Source: a virus (Duplodnaviria; Heunggongvirae; Uroviricota; Caudoviricetes). Taken from it: DNA of 64,000 nt. The first letter of the stretch is position 1. Each line of letters opens with the position of its first letter. Positions 7,737 through 16,678 of the stretch are shown here, one piece after another. The stretch lies in IMG/VR virus record IMGVR_UViG_3300035698_027074. One strand, 5' to 3'. The notes beneath the pieces are model-generated. The model saw nothing but the letters and a program-made list of their open reading frames with translations. It ran no database searches and was not told where the DNA came from. A program made the position numbers and the translations under genes.

Positions 7737-8294
7737 TCAACTGATTCCTTGTCTTCCGAATATCATTTTAGATTTCTCCATTACTTTTTTGTGGAATTCT
7801 CTTACTGCCTCTTTGTGTATTCGTTGGTATCTTTTCTGGGACATTCCTCCTTTCCTGGTTTTTCTTGGTATGGGAGATGACATCTTTTTCAAGATTACTT
7901 CCCTACCATTCACTTCTTTTGAAATGACTGCTCTGTCCTTTGAAATATTCACCAAACCTACTATTTTTTGTGGTTCCAACATCTTTTTCAATGGTCTGAT
8001 GTAAAATTTACCGTCACAATAGTAGATTTTTTCAAATATTTCGTATCTTGGGTATATCACATGTAATTCCTTTCCTGAAGTAAACAATGCAATTCCTTTC
8101 TCGAATGGCTTGTTTTTCTTCAGATATTCAATCATTTTCTTCAGTCCCTTCAACACATCCTTCCTGACAACTCTTGATTTCACATTTCTTGCTGTTGAGA
8201 TTTCACTGTTTAGTCTGTTTAATGTGTTCTGTTCTTGTCCTGGTGGACAATATACACTTATCAGACTTGTTCCTCGTCCTTTTATTTTTGCCAA
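7737..8294 (-). CDS. Truncated peptide-chain release factor aRF1-like protein (domains 1-2 only, 185 aa) with a non-canonical GGMSQ in place of GGQ
   Basis: Aligns by eye to eRF1. GTSLISVYCPPGQ resembles GTSMISLIIPPKDQ. NVKSRV resembles the NIKS stop-recognition motif. YYCDGKFYIRPL resembles LYLCDNKFHTEAL. PRKTRKGGMSQKRYQRI resembles KKHGRGGQSALRFARL. The ORF stops where domain 3 would begin. Confidence 0.6.
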   Translation of the reverse strand: MAKIKGRGTSLISVYCPPGQEQNTLNRLNSEISTARNVKSRVVRKDVLKGLKKMIEYLKKNKPFEKGIALFTSGKELHVIYPRYEIFEKIYYCDGKFYIRPLKKMLEPQKIVGLVNISKDRAVISKEVNGREVILKKMSSPIPRKTRKGGMSQKRYQRIHKEAVREFHKKVMEKSKMIFGRQGIS

Positions 8295-8329
8295 TTCATT
8301 GACTTTATTTAGTCCAATTATATCACCTC

Positions 8330-8377
8330 TTTGAATGTAAGATTTACATGTAAGTTCTACATGTAAAATTTACATAG
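8330..8377. promoter_or_regulatory. Cluster of (C/A)ATGTAA(G/A) repeats, including two copies of the perfect palindrome TTACATGTAA, between tRNA-Ala and the aRF1-like start
   Basis: gaatgtaagaTTTACATGTAAgttcTACATGTAAaatTTACATag; looks like a dyad operator. Confidence 0.4.
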
Positions 8378-8451
8378 TGGAGCTGTCGGGATTTGAACCC
8401 GAAGCCTCTGATTTGCAAAACCAGCGTGATTACAATTGTCACCACAACCCC
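8378..8451 (-). tRNA. tRNA-Ala (anticodon TGC), no intron
   Basis: GGGGTTGTGGTGACAATTGTAATCACGCTGGTTTTGCAAATCAGAGGCTTCGGGTTCAAATCCCGACAGCTCCA. G3-U70 wobble (Ala identity), anticodon stem CTGGT/ATCAG, loop TTTGCAA, A73. Confidence 0.75.
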
Positions 8452-8455
8452 ATAA

Positions 8456-8525
8456 TCCCCCACGTCTGAATTGAACAGACTCCAATGGTTTTACAGACCA
8501 CGATGCACCTTTACACCTGTGAGGG
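8456..8525 (-). tRNA. tRNA-Tyr (anticodon GTA), no intron
   Basis: CCCTCACAGGTGTAAAGGTGCATCGTGGTCTGTAAAACCATTGGAGTCTGTTCAATTCAGACGTGGGGGA. C1-G72 (archaeal/eukaryal Tyr identity), anticodon stem GTGGT/ACCAT, loop CTGTAAA, A73. Confidence 0.65.
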
Positions 8526-8796
8526 TTAAAATGACCTCCCACAGAAATGTAAGAATGTTAGTAAAATCTGACGCTTGAAGTGTAAGATTCTGACAGAAAA
8601 AGTGAAAGGTCTAACCAATGCTCCCGCTATGCGGCGGGATACTGTTGTGGATAGTTTCCTTTCATGTTCATTTTTATCACGTTATCATTAATGGAGGTTA
8701 TTTGAGTATAATACTCAGGGAACCCCCAACCCTCTGTCTCCCTAATTTTTTTTCATTTATCATAAAATGTCACACGTTGGTCTACCCGTGACACTG

Positions 8797-8826
8797 TAAT
8801 ATATTGCATTTTCCTATATTTAAATA
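8797..8826 (-). promoter_or_regulatory. Recurrent promoter-associated motif, site 3, about 270 nt upstream (minus sense) of the tRNA-Tyr/Ala pair
   Basis: taatatattgcattttcctatatttaaata. Confidence 0.45.
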
Positions 8827-9091
8827 TTGAGGTTTAGGTTCAGTTCTGACGACACGAAATATTAACTCCGAACATCCCCAACTATACATTTCAAACCCCA
8901 TACACCTCAAGTCTGGAATTCTAGAGGAGCCTACGTGTGTTTCTCCCCACGGAATACATGTTTTCTTTGTATACTTACCATTTATTTAATATAATATTAT
9001 ACTTTGCAATATTTATATTTATCATTAAAAAAATTAGGATAGATGTATCTATATAAATCTAGGATATTTGATTTTATTCACTTTAACCATT

Positions 9092-9490
9092 CTACATTAC
9101 CATTCTTGGTTGTAAATCTTTGAGAGAAAGTCTTCCCCCGTTAGGTTTTAGAAGACCATCAGACTTCATCCTTGAAGTCTCTCTCTTGAAAGTTGATAAT
9201 TTCCATTTTATATTTTTCTTGCCAACCATTCTCTCGTAAATATCAAACAACTCAATAGGTTTTTCTAAATCATCATGACTTGTTAAGATATATGTTATTA
9301 CTTCTCTACATTTCTTGAAATCCTTTGTCGGTACTACTGCATTTGGAAATGATTTTTTCAGTTCCTCGAAAATCTTATGTTTATCTAGTTCCCCTTGTCT
9401 TATCGAGTTCCTTCTAATATCCTTTAGTGTGAGGTTTATCAAATACTCTACCTCGTTCCTATTTAAATTCATTTTTATCATGTTCAACAC
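9092..9490 (-). CDS. Hypothetical protein (132 aa)
   Basis: ORF track. Confidence 0.4.
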   Translation of the reverse strand: MLNMIKMNLNRNEVEYLINLTLKDIRRNSIRQGELDKHKIFEELKKSFPNAVVPTKDFKKCREVITYILTSHDDLEKPIELFDIYERMVGKKNIKWKLSTFKRETSRMKSDGLLKPNGGRLSLKDLQPRMVM

Positions 9491-9656
9491 CTTTTCATCA
9501 ACCCTTACATATACATGTCAACTATATAAATTTGACTAATTTCTAAGAAGGACAATGTATAAATATATTATTTTTAAAATTTAAATAGTTATTTGAATAT
9601 TTAACATTTGCAAGATTGAAATAATAATTATCTCAAAAAGAAAAAAGTAGGGAAAA

Positions 9657-10163
9657 TTAAATTGTTTCCCACTCAAACAAGTATTCTGATGGGTTCCAGT
9701 CTGTCATTCTTCCCATATAACAAGTGACATCACTTCTCTTCACTAACCAGAATTTTTCACCAACATCATTATCAATGAAAAACCACCCATAATATGGGAA
9801 TTTTGCTACTACATTTCCTGTTCTACCATTTGAACTTGTTTTCATGTGTTTTATACATGTTGCATAAGGCCATACATCGTTATGTGAACCATCAGTCCAC
9901 CCAGTATAAATCAAGGTATATTCACTGTTTGGTTCAAGACCATAACCACTAAAAGACAAATAACGTCCTCTGTGTCCCTGTAATAGACCCCATGAACCAT
10001 CTTCAACCACTGACCAATTGTCAGTTGGGTCTTTCTCAACAAGAGGCATTCTAAAGCTCTTGTCCTTAAAGATTTTCAACACATCAAGTCCTGATGGCAT
10101 TGCCATGACAGCAGATGAAAACAGAATACTTAACACTACTAAAGTGATAAATAAATTTTTCAT
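9657..10163 (-). CDS. Secreted hypothetical protein (168 aa) with N-terminal signal peptide, Trp/Gly-rich
   Basis: MKNLFITLVVLSILFSSAVMA followed by a hydrophilic W-rich domain. Confidence 0.5.
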   Translation of the reverse strand: MKNLFITLVVLSILFSSAVMAMPSGLDVLKIFKDKSFRMPLVEKDPTDNWSVVEDGSWGLLQGHRGRYLSFSGYGLEPNSEYTLIYTGWTDGSHNDVWPYATCIKHMKTSSNGRTGNVVAKFPYYGWFFIDNDVGEKFWLVKRSDVTCYMGRMTDWNPSEYLFEWETI

Positions 10164-10176
10164 TCTTATCTTCCTC

Positions 10177-10476
10177 CTATTTTTTAAGTTCTATGGTTAT
10201 TGTGCTGATATTTATTTTTCTTATTTCCTTTGTATCTCTCATCTCCATATCCCGTTCTTCTGTTCCTAATTCAACATTTGTGACCTTCAAATCTTTTATG
10301 TATTTATTTATAACTAACTGGGATACGTCAATAGCTTTTTGCATAGACCTTCCTCTTGCTTTCAGAAAAATTGGTGAAACATTTCTATTATGTTGTTCCA
10401 ATACTGAAAAAGCATATACTTTTGTTGGTTTCTGTCCTACAAAGATTGTATTGTAGTCTTTAGACTCCTTAGACAT
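10177..10476 (-). CDS. albA: Alba (Sac10b) DNA/RNA-binding chromatin protein
   Basis: NTIFVGQKPTKVYAFSVLEQ...IFLKARGRSMQKAIDVSQLV...ISTITIELKK matches the Alba consensus (KARGRAISKAVDV...EIKK). Confidence 0.75.
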   Translation of the reverse strand: MSKESKDYNTIFVGQKPTKVYAFSVLEQHNRNVSPIFLKARGRSMQKAIDVSQLVINKYIKDLKVTNVELGTEERDMEMRDTKEIRKINISTITIELKK

Positions 10477-10531
10477 CTCTTTCTAACCTCCTTTTCTGTT
10501 TTAAACCTAGTGATATTAAATGGTCATTTGA

Positions 10532-11074
10532 CTATTTTAACATCTCTCCTCTTTCCGTTAATGATTTAAGAGCATCATCATATTTTTTCTCTTCAGAGTC
10601 CAAAAGTACCCACTGTTCTTTTAGATTATCAGCATATTTAATGATTTCTCCTTTTTGTTCTTTTATACGATTCAACCTATCACTTATAGAAGTTGCTTCC
10701 TCTCCAATCATGGACAATAATTCACCTGTTCTATTCTGTAATTTTTTATGGAGTTCGTCAATCATAGATAATTCTCCCTCTGGTTTTGGAAATTCAAATG
10801 ATTTTGGTAATTTTACTTTCTTTTCCATTACTGTCAATTCTCTTCTTTGTGGTGGTTGAGGTTGTTGGGTTATCTGTTGTTCTTCGTGTAATAATTTTTC
10901 TGCTTCTTCTGCTGCTTTTTTAACGGATTCTAAGTTCTTTTTAGATTTTTTAGTTATTTTCATACCAGCTCCTCCTAACCGTTTTTTTCTTCGTATCAGT
11001 AATATTACTAATACTGTGAATAATAAAATAAATAATCCTAATAGTATATAAACTATGTTGTCTGTTAAATTCAT
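10532..11074 (-). CDS. Membrane-anchored coiled-coil protein (180 aa), N-terminal TM, Gln/Pro-rich linker
   Basis: TM YILLGLFILLFTVLVILLI, then charged helical segments. Confidence 0.45.
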   Translation of the reverse strand: MNLTDNIVYILLGLFILLFTVLVILLIRRKKRLGGAGMKITKKSKKNLESVKKAAEEAEKLLHEEQQITQQPQPPQRRELTVMEKKVKLPKSFEFPKPEGELSMIDELHKKLQNRTGELLSMIGEEATSISDRLNRIKEQKGEIIKYADNLKEQWVLLDSEEKKYDDALKSLTERGEMLK

Positions 11075-11841
11075 TTCCTATCCCCCTTTAAAAAACTAAA
11101 ATCTGGTCCTTTTTTTCTTGTTGTTTCTTGTGGTCGTTGGAATCTCTCTTTTGGTGTAACATCCCTTCTTGGTAGTTCTACTTCCTCAGACTTTGGTGGA
11201 GTCATTGGATAATTCCCCCTTTCTGGGTAATAGTCTGGTTCTTTAGACTTTGTTGGTTTTGTTTTCCTTAACACCATTACCACCACAACTAAAACAATTA
11301 TAAAGAAAATTAATAAACCAAATATCATTATTGTTGTCTTGTATTCTTCAAAAAAACTTTCTTCATTTGAAGTTAAGTCTTCTTCTTTTTCTAATGCACA
11401 ATCAACTTCACATATACAATCTGATGGTTTTGGAAGACTACATGTAAAGTTTCTTTTTATACAATCACTCAATGAAGTTTTTAGGTTATTTCTTTCAGAA
11501 GCAATTGTGTTTAAAAACTCGGTTCTGGAACCCCTTGTATTTATTTCAATATCACAATAAACAGTATCTATTTTATGTGTTGAATTTGCTTCAAGTGTAA
11601 GTGTCTCCCCACATAATGGAATTATAGGACAATGGTCAATTTCTATCTCAGCTGTCCCTATCAGTTGACTCGTGTTACTTTGATTATAAACTTTGATGTC
11701 ATACCGTCCTTCTTCGTCATATTCTATTTTCAACCAATTGGTATTTGAATCAAAACCCAAGTCAATATTACAAATATTAAGTTCTGCAAAGGTCATTGGT
11801 AATAAAAACAGTATTACACCTAAACTCACCAATTTCTTCAT
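11071..11841 (-). CDS. Secreted Cys-rich surface protein with C-terminal TM anchor (256 aa)
   Basis: Signal peptide MKKLVSLGVILFLLPMTFA; C-terminal TM IMIFGLLIFFIIVLVVVVMVL followed by a basic tail. Confidence 0.5.
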   Translation of the reverse strand: MKKLVSLGVILFLLPMTFAELNICNIDLGFDSNTNWLKIEYDEEGRYDIKVYNQSNTSQLIGTAEIEIDHCPIIPLCGETLTLEANSTHKIDTVYCDIEINTRGSRTEFLNTIASERNNLKTSLSDCIKRNFTCSLPKPSDCICEVDCALEKEEDLTSNEESFFEEYKTTIMIFGLLIFFIIVLVVVVMVLRKTKPTKSKEPDYYPERGNYPMTPPKSEEVELPRRDVTPKERFQRPQETTRKKGPDFSFLKGDRK

Positions 11842-12092
11842 CTATTCACTCCCCCTTCATTTCTGGATGATTCTCACATAAAAACTCCACAACTTGGGCT
11901 AATGCTACTCTCTCTTCCCCACCATACCTGTGAACAAGATTGTGTTTTTTTCCTACTTTCTCCATTTTTTTGATGGTTTTTAATGGAAATTTCACAAGAA
12001 TCTTCTGAATCTTAACATTTTTCATGGTATCATTCCAATCCTATATTTAATTGATTAATATTTAGTCTTATATAGTATAAATAGATTTCTAA

Positions 12093-12785
12093 CTACTTAT
12101 TACTTAATTCTCCGACCTCTTCTTGTTCATTCTTTTGCAATCTTTTTAAGACGATGTGTCTGTCAATAAGTAGTCCTATTGGGAAAACTATCATACAAAA
12201 AACTGCAATCCAAAACCAGTCTATTCTTTTTACTTCAACTTCAACTATTTTTTCAACTGTCTGATTTTGGTAAACTGGTACTTCTACTATCTTTTCAACC
12301 TCAATTTCTTTTATTATCTCTTCTATTTGTATTGGTGATTCATCACAAACAAGACTACCATCACATACGGTCTCTTTTATGATTTGGTATTCAATTCTTT
12401 CATCAACTACAAGTGTTAAATATGTGTATATTGTATAGTTTCCTGGGCATAGGTTTATCATTGTTTTTAAAAGATAACTCAACTCATTGAATCCTGACTT
12501 TGCCACTTCGGGACATATGAAAACCCCCCTACTGATTTCTTCACAACCAACAATTTCAAATTCATTTAAATTGGTATGTGGTGTTCCATCTGAAGGAACT
12601 ATTGTTATATTTGTGTAATAAGGTATTATTGACTTATCATTATTATAAAAATTTACATTGATTAATTTTTCAGCACCTGCAACAAAATCACTTGGTAATG
12701 ATATATTTACATTTTCAAAAATATCATCTGATAAAACCATCGGTATAAGTAAGATTATTACCATTAATTTAATGTTTTTTTTCAT
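12093..12785 (-). CDS. Secreted surface protein with C-terminal TM anchor (230 aa)
   Basis: Signal peptide MKKNIKLMVIILLIPMVLS; C-terminal WFWIAVFCMIVFPIGLLI. Confidence 0.5.
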   Translation of the reverse strand: MKKNIKLMVIILLIPMVLSDDIFENVNISLPSDFVAGAEKLINVNFYNNDKSIIPYYTNITIVPSDGTPHTNLNEFEIVGCEEISRGVFICPEVAKSGFNELSYLLKTMINLCPGNYTIYTYLTLVVDERIEYQIIKETVCDGSLVCDESPIQIEEIIKEIEVEKIVEVPVYQNQTVEKIVEVEVKRIDWFWIAVFCMIVFPIGLLIDRHIVLKRLQKNEQEEVGELSNK

Positions 12786-12829
12786 ACTATTTCCTCGTTA
12801 AAATAAAAAAAAGAAAAATCTTCGGTAAT

Positions 12830-13492
12830 TTAAACTGGTAACACCTTAACATCAAATGTGTATGTTCCTGGTACCAATGCTGGATTTGTTGAAATGTATA
12901 ATACACCATAAACTGTTGTTTCTGATGGTATTGTTGCATCTTCTAATAATAATGTATTTCCTGTATATCCTACTTCATTAAAACTATCGTCATTTGTATT
13001 AACGACTAATAAACTTGGATATAATGTATCACTGTATGCATGTGATGCGTCCCAATCATTCCAATCTATATTGTTTCCCATCCAAACTAGATAATCTGAT
13101 TCACAATTACTTATTCCTGTCATATTTCCCATACTTACGAAACAATAGTTGATGTCTTCAGTTAATGCCATTCTTATTCCACTTACATCTGGACTTACTG
13201 TAATTTCTATATCTCCAGTTATTTCTGTATCTGCACTGTTAATTAATTTAATTAATACAAATCCGTCTTCTCCACTATAATCCACTTCAAAATCAAATTC
13301 TGTTCCAATCAATTCTAATGGTGAATCGACTGTTATACTTGTAGATATTGTGTTACTCAAGTATCCTACTAGTGCCGCTGAACCTAGTCCACCTAACAAC
13401 AACAATGTTAAAATGAAAACAGGTATTCCTTTACCGAAGATATTAACTTTTCTTTTCAAAAAACTTTCATTTTTCTCCTCTTCCATTAACAT
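12830..13492 (-). CDS. Putative archaeal type IV pilin-like/adhesin protein with a class III-like signal peptide (220 aa)
   Basis: N-terminus ...KRKVNIFGKG/IPVFILTLLLLGGLGSAALVGY (basic residues, then G, then a hydrophobic stretch). The Thr/Asn-rich extracellular domain carries N-glycosylation sequons. Confidence 0.4.
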   Translation of the reverse strand: MLMEEEKNESFLKRKVNIFGKGIPVFILTLLLLGGLGSAALVGYLSNTISTSITVDSPLELIGTEFDFEVDYSGEDGFVLIKLINSADTEITGDIEITVSPDVSGIRMALTEDINYCFVSMGNMTGISNCESDYLVWMGNNIDWNDWDASHAYSDTLYPSLLVVNTNDDSFNEVGYTGNTLLLEDATIPSETTVYGVLYISTNPALVPGTYTFDVKVLPV

Positions 13493-13582
13493 CTTCCTCC
13501 GTTATATTTTTTTGAGAAAATACCTTTGAAAGTATTTTCCCCTTGTTAAGTAGTAAATATATAATAGTTAACATTTAAATCC

Positions 13583-13942
13583 TTATTCTTCCCCCTTTCT
13601 TCTATATTTGGGTACACCCATTAAAAAGATTATTATCAAAAATATTAACATTATAGTACAAATAAAATTTAATGTTATTGATAATACAAACAATGTAATC
13701 AAATATCTAAGTGACAAAATGTTTTTTGTAGGTGACTGTGTTTTATAGATTGATGTTGTCCTTGTACTACCATATATATTACTTATTGAAACACCTGAAC
13801 AATCTTCCGGGCAATTCTCAGTATTCTCTCCGTAATATACCCAATCACAGTTGTCGTCCCCACAATACTTTATTTCAATACCATTGGAAAAAACCATTGG
13901 TACTAAAAATAAAAATAAAATGGAAAATAAAATCTTTTTCAT
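13583..13942 (-). CDS. Secreted Cys-rich protein with C-terminal TM (119 aa)
   Basis: Signal peptide MKKILFSILFLFLVPMVFS; C-terminal TM. Confidence 0.45.
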   Translation of the reverse strand: MKKILFSILFLFLVPMVFSNGIEIKYCGDDNCDWVYYGENTENCPEDCSGVSISNIYGSTRTTSIYKTQSPTKNILSLRYLITLFVLSITLNFICTIMLIFLIIIFLMGVPKYRRKGEE

Positions 13943-14247
13943 CTGACCTCAACCTCCACTTCTTTTTCCTTTACTATTGTTGGGTGGAACATTGCAAAAA
14001 AACCAAAAGCAACCACCACAAATCCACACACACTTATGGTTATCACACTTAGGGTATCCATGAGTGTTGATATTGTTGAACCAACACTAGACGTTATATA
14101 AATCATTGCAAAACCAACCCATATCATAATCAGGGAAAATACTGTATATAAAGGTTCATATTCAGTTACTTCAACTTTTACCTTCCTAATCCTTTTTTGT
14201 TTTTTTGGTCTTCCTCTTCCTTGTTTCTTTTTTATCATCCTTATCAA
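13939..14247 (-). CDS. Small membrane protein (102 aa)
   Basis: Basic N-terminus followed by two TM helices. Confidence 0.4.
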   Translation of the reverse strand: MIRMIKKKQGRGRPKKQKRIRKVKVEVTEYEPLYTVFSLIMIWVGFAMIYITSSVGSTISTLMDTLSVITISVCGFVVVAFGFFAMFHPTIVKEKEVEVEVR

Positions 14248-14349
14248 CCTCTTTCTTTCTAATTCTCTCTGAGAGAGAATCTATAAATTTAGATATTTCT
14301 TTGTGGAATACAACGACCACAATCAAAAATGTTACAAATCCTAAAAACG

Positions 14350-16677
14350 TCATTTTCCTAACCTCTCCAATATTTTTTTAGCAGTTTCTTCATCTACCCG
14401 TGTATAAAGGTCTGGATGAAGTTCAGTCTTATCATCAAATTCCACTTGATATATTTTAACTTGATTATTAAAAAACAATAGGTGGAATTTATCAAGACCT
14501 ATTCCATTATAAAAGAATGTTTTTACAAATACACTTTCTTTTATTTCACCTGGAATATAAGCTACCATTCCCCTTTCTAAATCTAAATAAAGAACACCGT
14601 CTAAATGTGGCATGTGTGTCATTTCTTCCTCTAAACTATACAATTCAACATCAGGAATTCCCTCACCTTCTGTAACTATTGCCATATAGTTGATGATATA
14701 TTGATTCTGGAATACGGGAATATAACTTTCACCTTTCTTCATGAGTGTAAACTTAAGTCCAGAGAAGTCATAAACTATATTTTCATCCTGTTGACTTGCA
14801 GATTGCATCAACCATGGACACCATACCCATTGTTTAGATTCACCAGCTTCACATTGACCAGGAAGTATAACTCCTATGTCTTCTAAATATACTGGTTCGT
14901 GGGAATACCCACCAAAATAGTTCATCCAGACAAATTTCATAACCAAATCATCTGATGATATGAAAAATACCTTATCAACTGGTTCAAATGCTTCTTCAGG
15001 AATATCTGGGAATAGTTCTCTTGATGTTTCTATTTGTTCTGGTGTCATTGAAGTATATTTTCTTATCAATTCTAATGCCTCTGTCTCATTACTTGTTGAC
15101 ATCATTCTTCCCATATCTTGTATTCTTATATTATGTCCATATGGATAACACCATTGGTCACTACAATGTGCCCCATCTGCGTGGACTTTTAATCCTGTTT
15201 CATGTGCCAATATATGACCTGGGTCCCACCAAGTCATTATCAATGAATTGTTTGTTGCGTATGATTCATTTTTCAAATAATCCAAAGCCCATACCCATTC
15301 ATTCGAAATATCAAATCCTCTCATTTCATGTGATTGGGTTGAATACATTATTGATGGATATGTAGAAACCAACAACAAACCAATTACTATGGAAGAATAT
15401 ACTACCTTCGTTTTTTTAACATATTCTATTATATTTCCTACTACCACTCCAGTTGCGATAGCACTTGGAATAGAAAATAAGAGAGTAAACCTCCAACCCC
15501 AGTTCATCATATAAAAAGATGTAAAATACCATAAACCAATAAATAATAATGATATTGTTATTTTTTCCTTCTTGATAAATTTATATGTGAAAAGAGGGAG
15601 TATTAAAGCTCCTAAAATCATTGGATACCCTATCCTTCTGAAAATAGATGTTAATCCCCCTTTAGAGAACAACTTTCCTATAGGTTGTAATTCAGCTACT
15701 GATATGTTGACCATCATCTTCTTACCAACAAACCCTATACTCTCCATCATTGACTCCCAAATATTGATTGTTGGTGTGAATAGATTGAAAAATGTTACTA
15801 TAACTAGTATAGAAACCATAACAATTATAATCGGAAGTATCTCTTTGAATGGGAATTCTATCTTTTTCTTTGGTTGTGATTCTAACATATTCCTATATTC
15901 CCTCATTGCCCTTTTTCTTTCTTTTTTTGACATGTTATCCGTGTCTGGTTTTTTGATTTCTTTTTTCTTACTTACTAAATTCTGTGCAAAAAGGTAGACA
16001 AAATATGACGGGATTATTCCTAAAAGTAAAATGAATATGTACCAAGAAGCTTGCCAAAAATATGTCCATATTAACATGACAAGTGATGCTAAACCAATTG
16101 ACAAATATGTCTTCCATCCCCATTTGTTTTTAAGATATGATTCCAATGTGTTAAGTGTCACCAACACTACACTTACTATAAAGAAAACTACAATACCATC
16201 AGAATCAATATAACCTGCTGGTGAGACACCAATATACGCAGGTGCAAGTACTACGAAAAAAGTTGTTACAAGACCACCATATTTATTGGTTAATTTTGTT
16301 CCCAATATAAATGAAACTACTGCCGTGACTCCAACTACAACAAGATTTGCGTACATCATTGATTTAAAGAATGTAATCGTTGGTATGAACAATTTCATTA
16401 GATAATGAATTAAAATTAATGTATATTCCCAACCCAACTGATAAGGAAATGGTCTTCCAGGTGGTGAGAAACTTTTGAAATCCCATTCTGGTCTCTTAAG
16501 GTCATTATTAAGTATATCCTCAGCGTGTCTTCCATGCCAATGAGGGTCGTAGTCAAGTAATAATGGTGAATCAAAACTTCCTGACCTAGAATAGACTGCT
16601 AAAAAAATAATTCCACTCAAGGTTAACAAAATAAAAAGAAATTCCACCAATGACTTTAATTCTACTTTTATTTTCAT
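14350..16677 (-). CDS. aglB: Archaeal oligosaccharyltransferase AglB (STT3 family), 775 aa, multi-TM
   Basis: WWDPGH (WWDYG-type catalytic motif) in MTWWDPGHILAHETGL; conserved EL1 acidic motif LLDYDPHWHGRHAEDIL; about 13 N-terminal TM helices followed by a soluble C-terminal domain. Confidence 0.8.
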   Translation of the reverse strand: MKIKVELKSLVEFLFILLTLSGIIFLAVYSRSGSFDSPLLLDYDPHWHGRHAEDILNNDLKRPEWDFKSFSPPGRPFPYQLGWEYTLILIHYLMKLFIPTITFFKSMMYANLVVVGVTAVVSFILGTKLTNKYGGLVTTFFVVLAPAYIGVSPAGYIDSDGIVVFFIVSVVLVTLNTLESYLKNKWGWKTYLSIGLASLVMLIWTYFWQASWYIFILLLGIIPSYFVYLFAQNLVSKKKEIKKPDTDNMSKKERKRAMREYRNMLESQPKKKIEFPFKEILPIIIVMVSILVIVTFFNLFTPTINIWESMMESIGFVGKKMMVNISVAELQPIGKLFSKGGLTSIFRRIGYPMILGALILPLFTYKFIKKEKITISLLFIGLWYFTSFYMMNWGWRFTLLFSIPSAIATGVVVGNIIEYVKKTKVVYSSIVIGLLLVSTYPSIMYSTQSHEMRGFDISNEWVWALDYLKNESYATNNSLIMTWWDPGHILAHETGLKVHADGAHCSDQWCYPYGHNIRIQDMGRMMSTSNETEALELIRKYTSMTPEQIETSRELFPDIPEEAFEPVDKVFFISSDDLVMKFVWMNYFGGYSHEPVYLEDIGVILPGQCEAGESKQWVWCPWLMQSASQQDENIVYDFSGLKFTLMKKGESYIPVFQNQYIINYMAIVTEGEGIPDVELYSLEEEMTHMPHLDGVLYLDLERGMVAYIPGEIKESVFVKTFFYNGIGLDKFHLLFFNNQVKIYQVEFDDKTELHPDLYTRVDEETAKKILERLGK

Positions 16678-16678
16678 A

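Noticed and set aside
7737-8294. Treating the aRF1-like ORF as a full functional release factor
   Set aside because: Domain 3 is absent and GGQ is disrupted. It is reported as truncated and non-canonical rather than as prf1.
8378-8540. A single tRNA with a very long intron spanning 8378-8540
   Set aside because: Re-reading showed two complete, separate tRNAs 4 nt apart (Ala 8378-8451 and Tyr 8456-8525), each with its own acceptor stem and T-arm.
14988-15997. Plus-strand ORFs (125 aa and 141 aa) inside the AglB gene
   Set aside because: They are antisense to a long minus-strand ORF with strong STT3/AglB motifs and show hydrophobic low-complexity composition expected from antisense translation.
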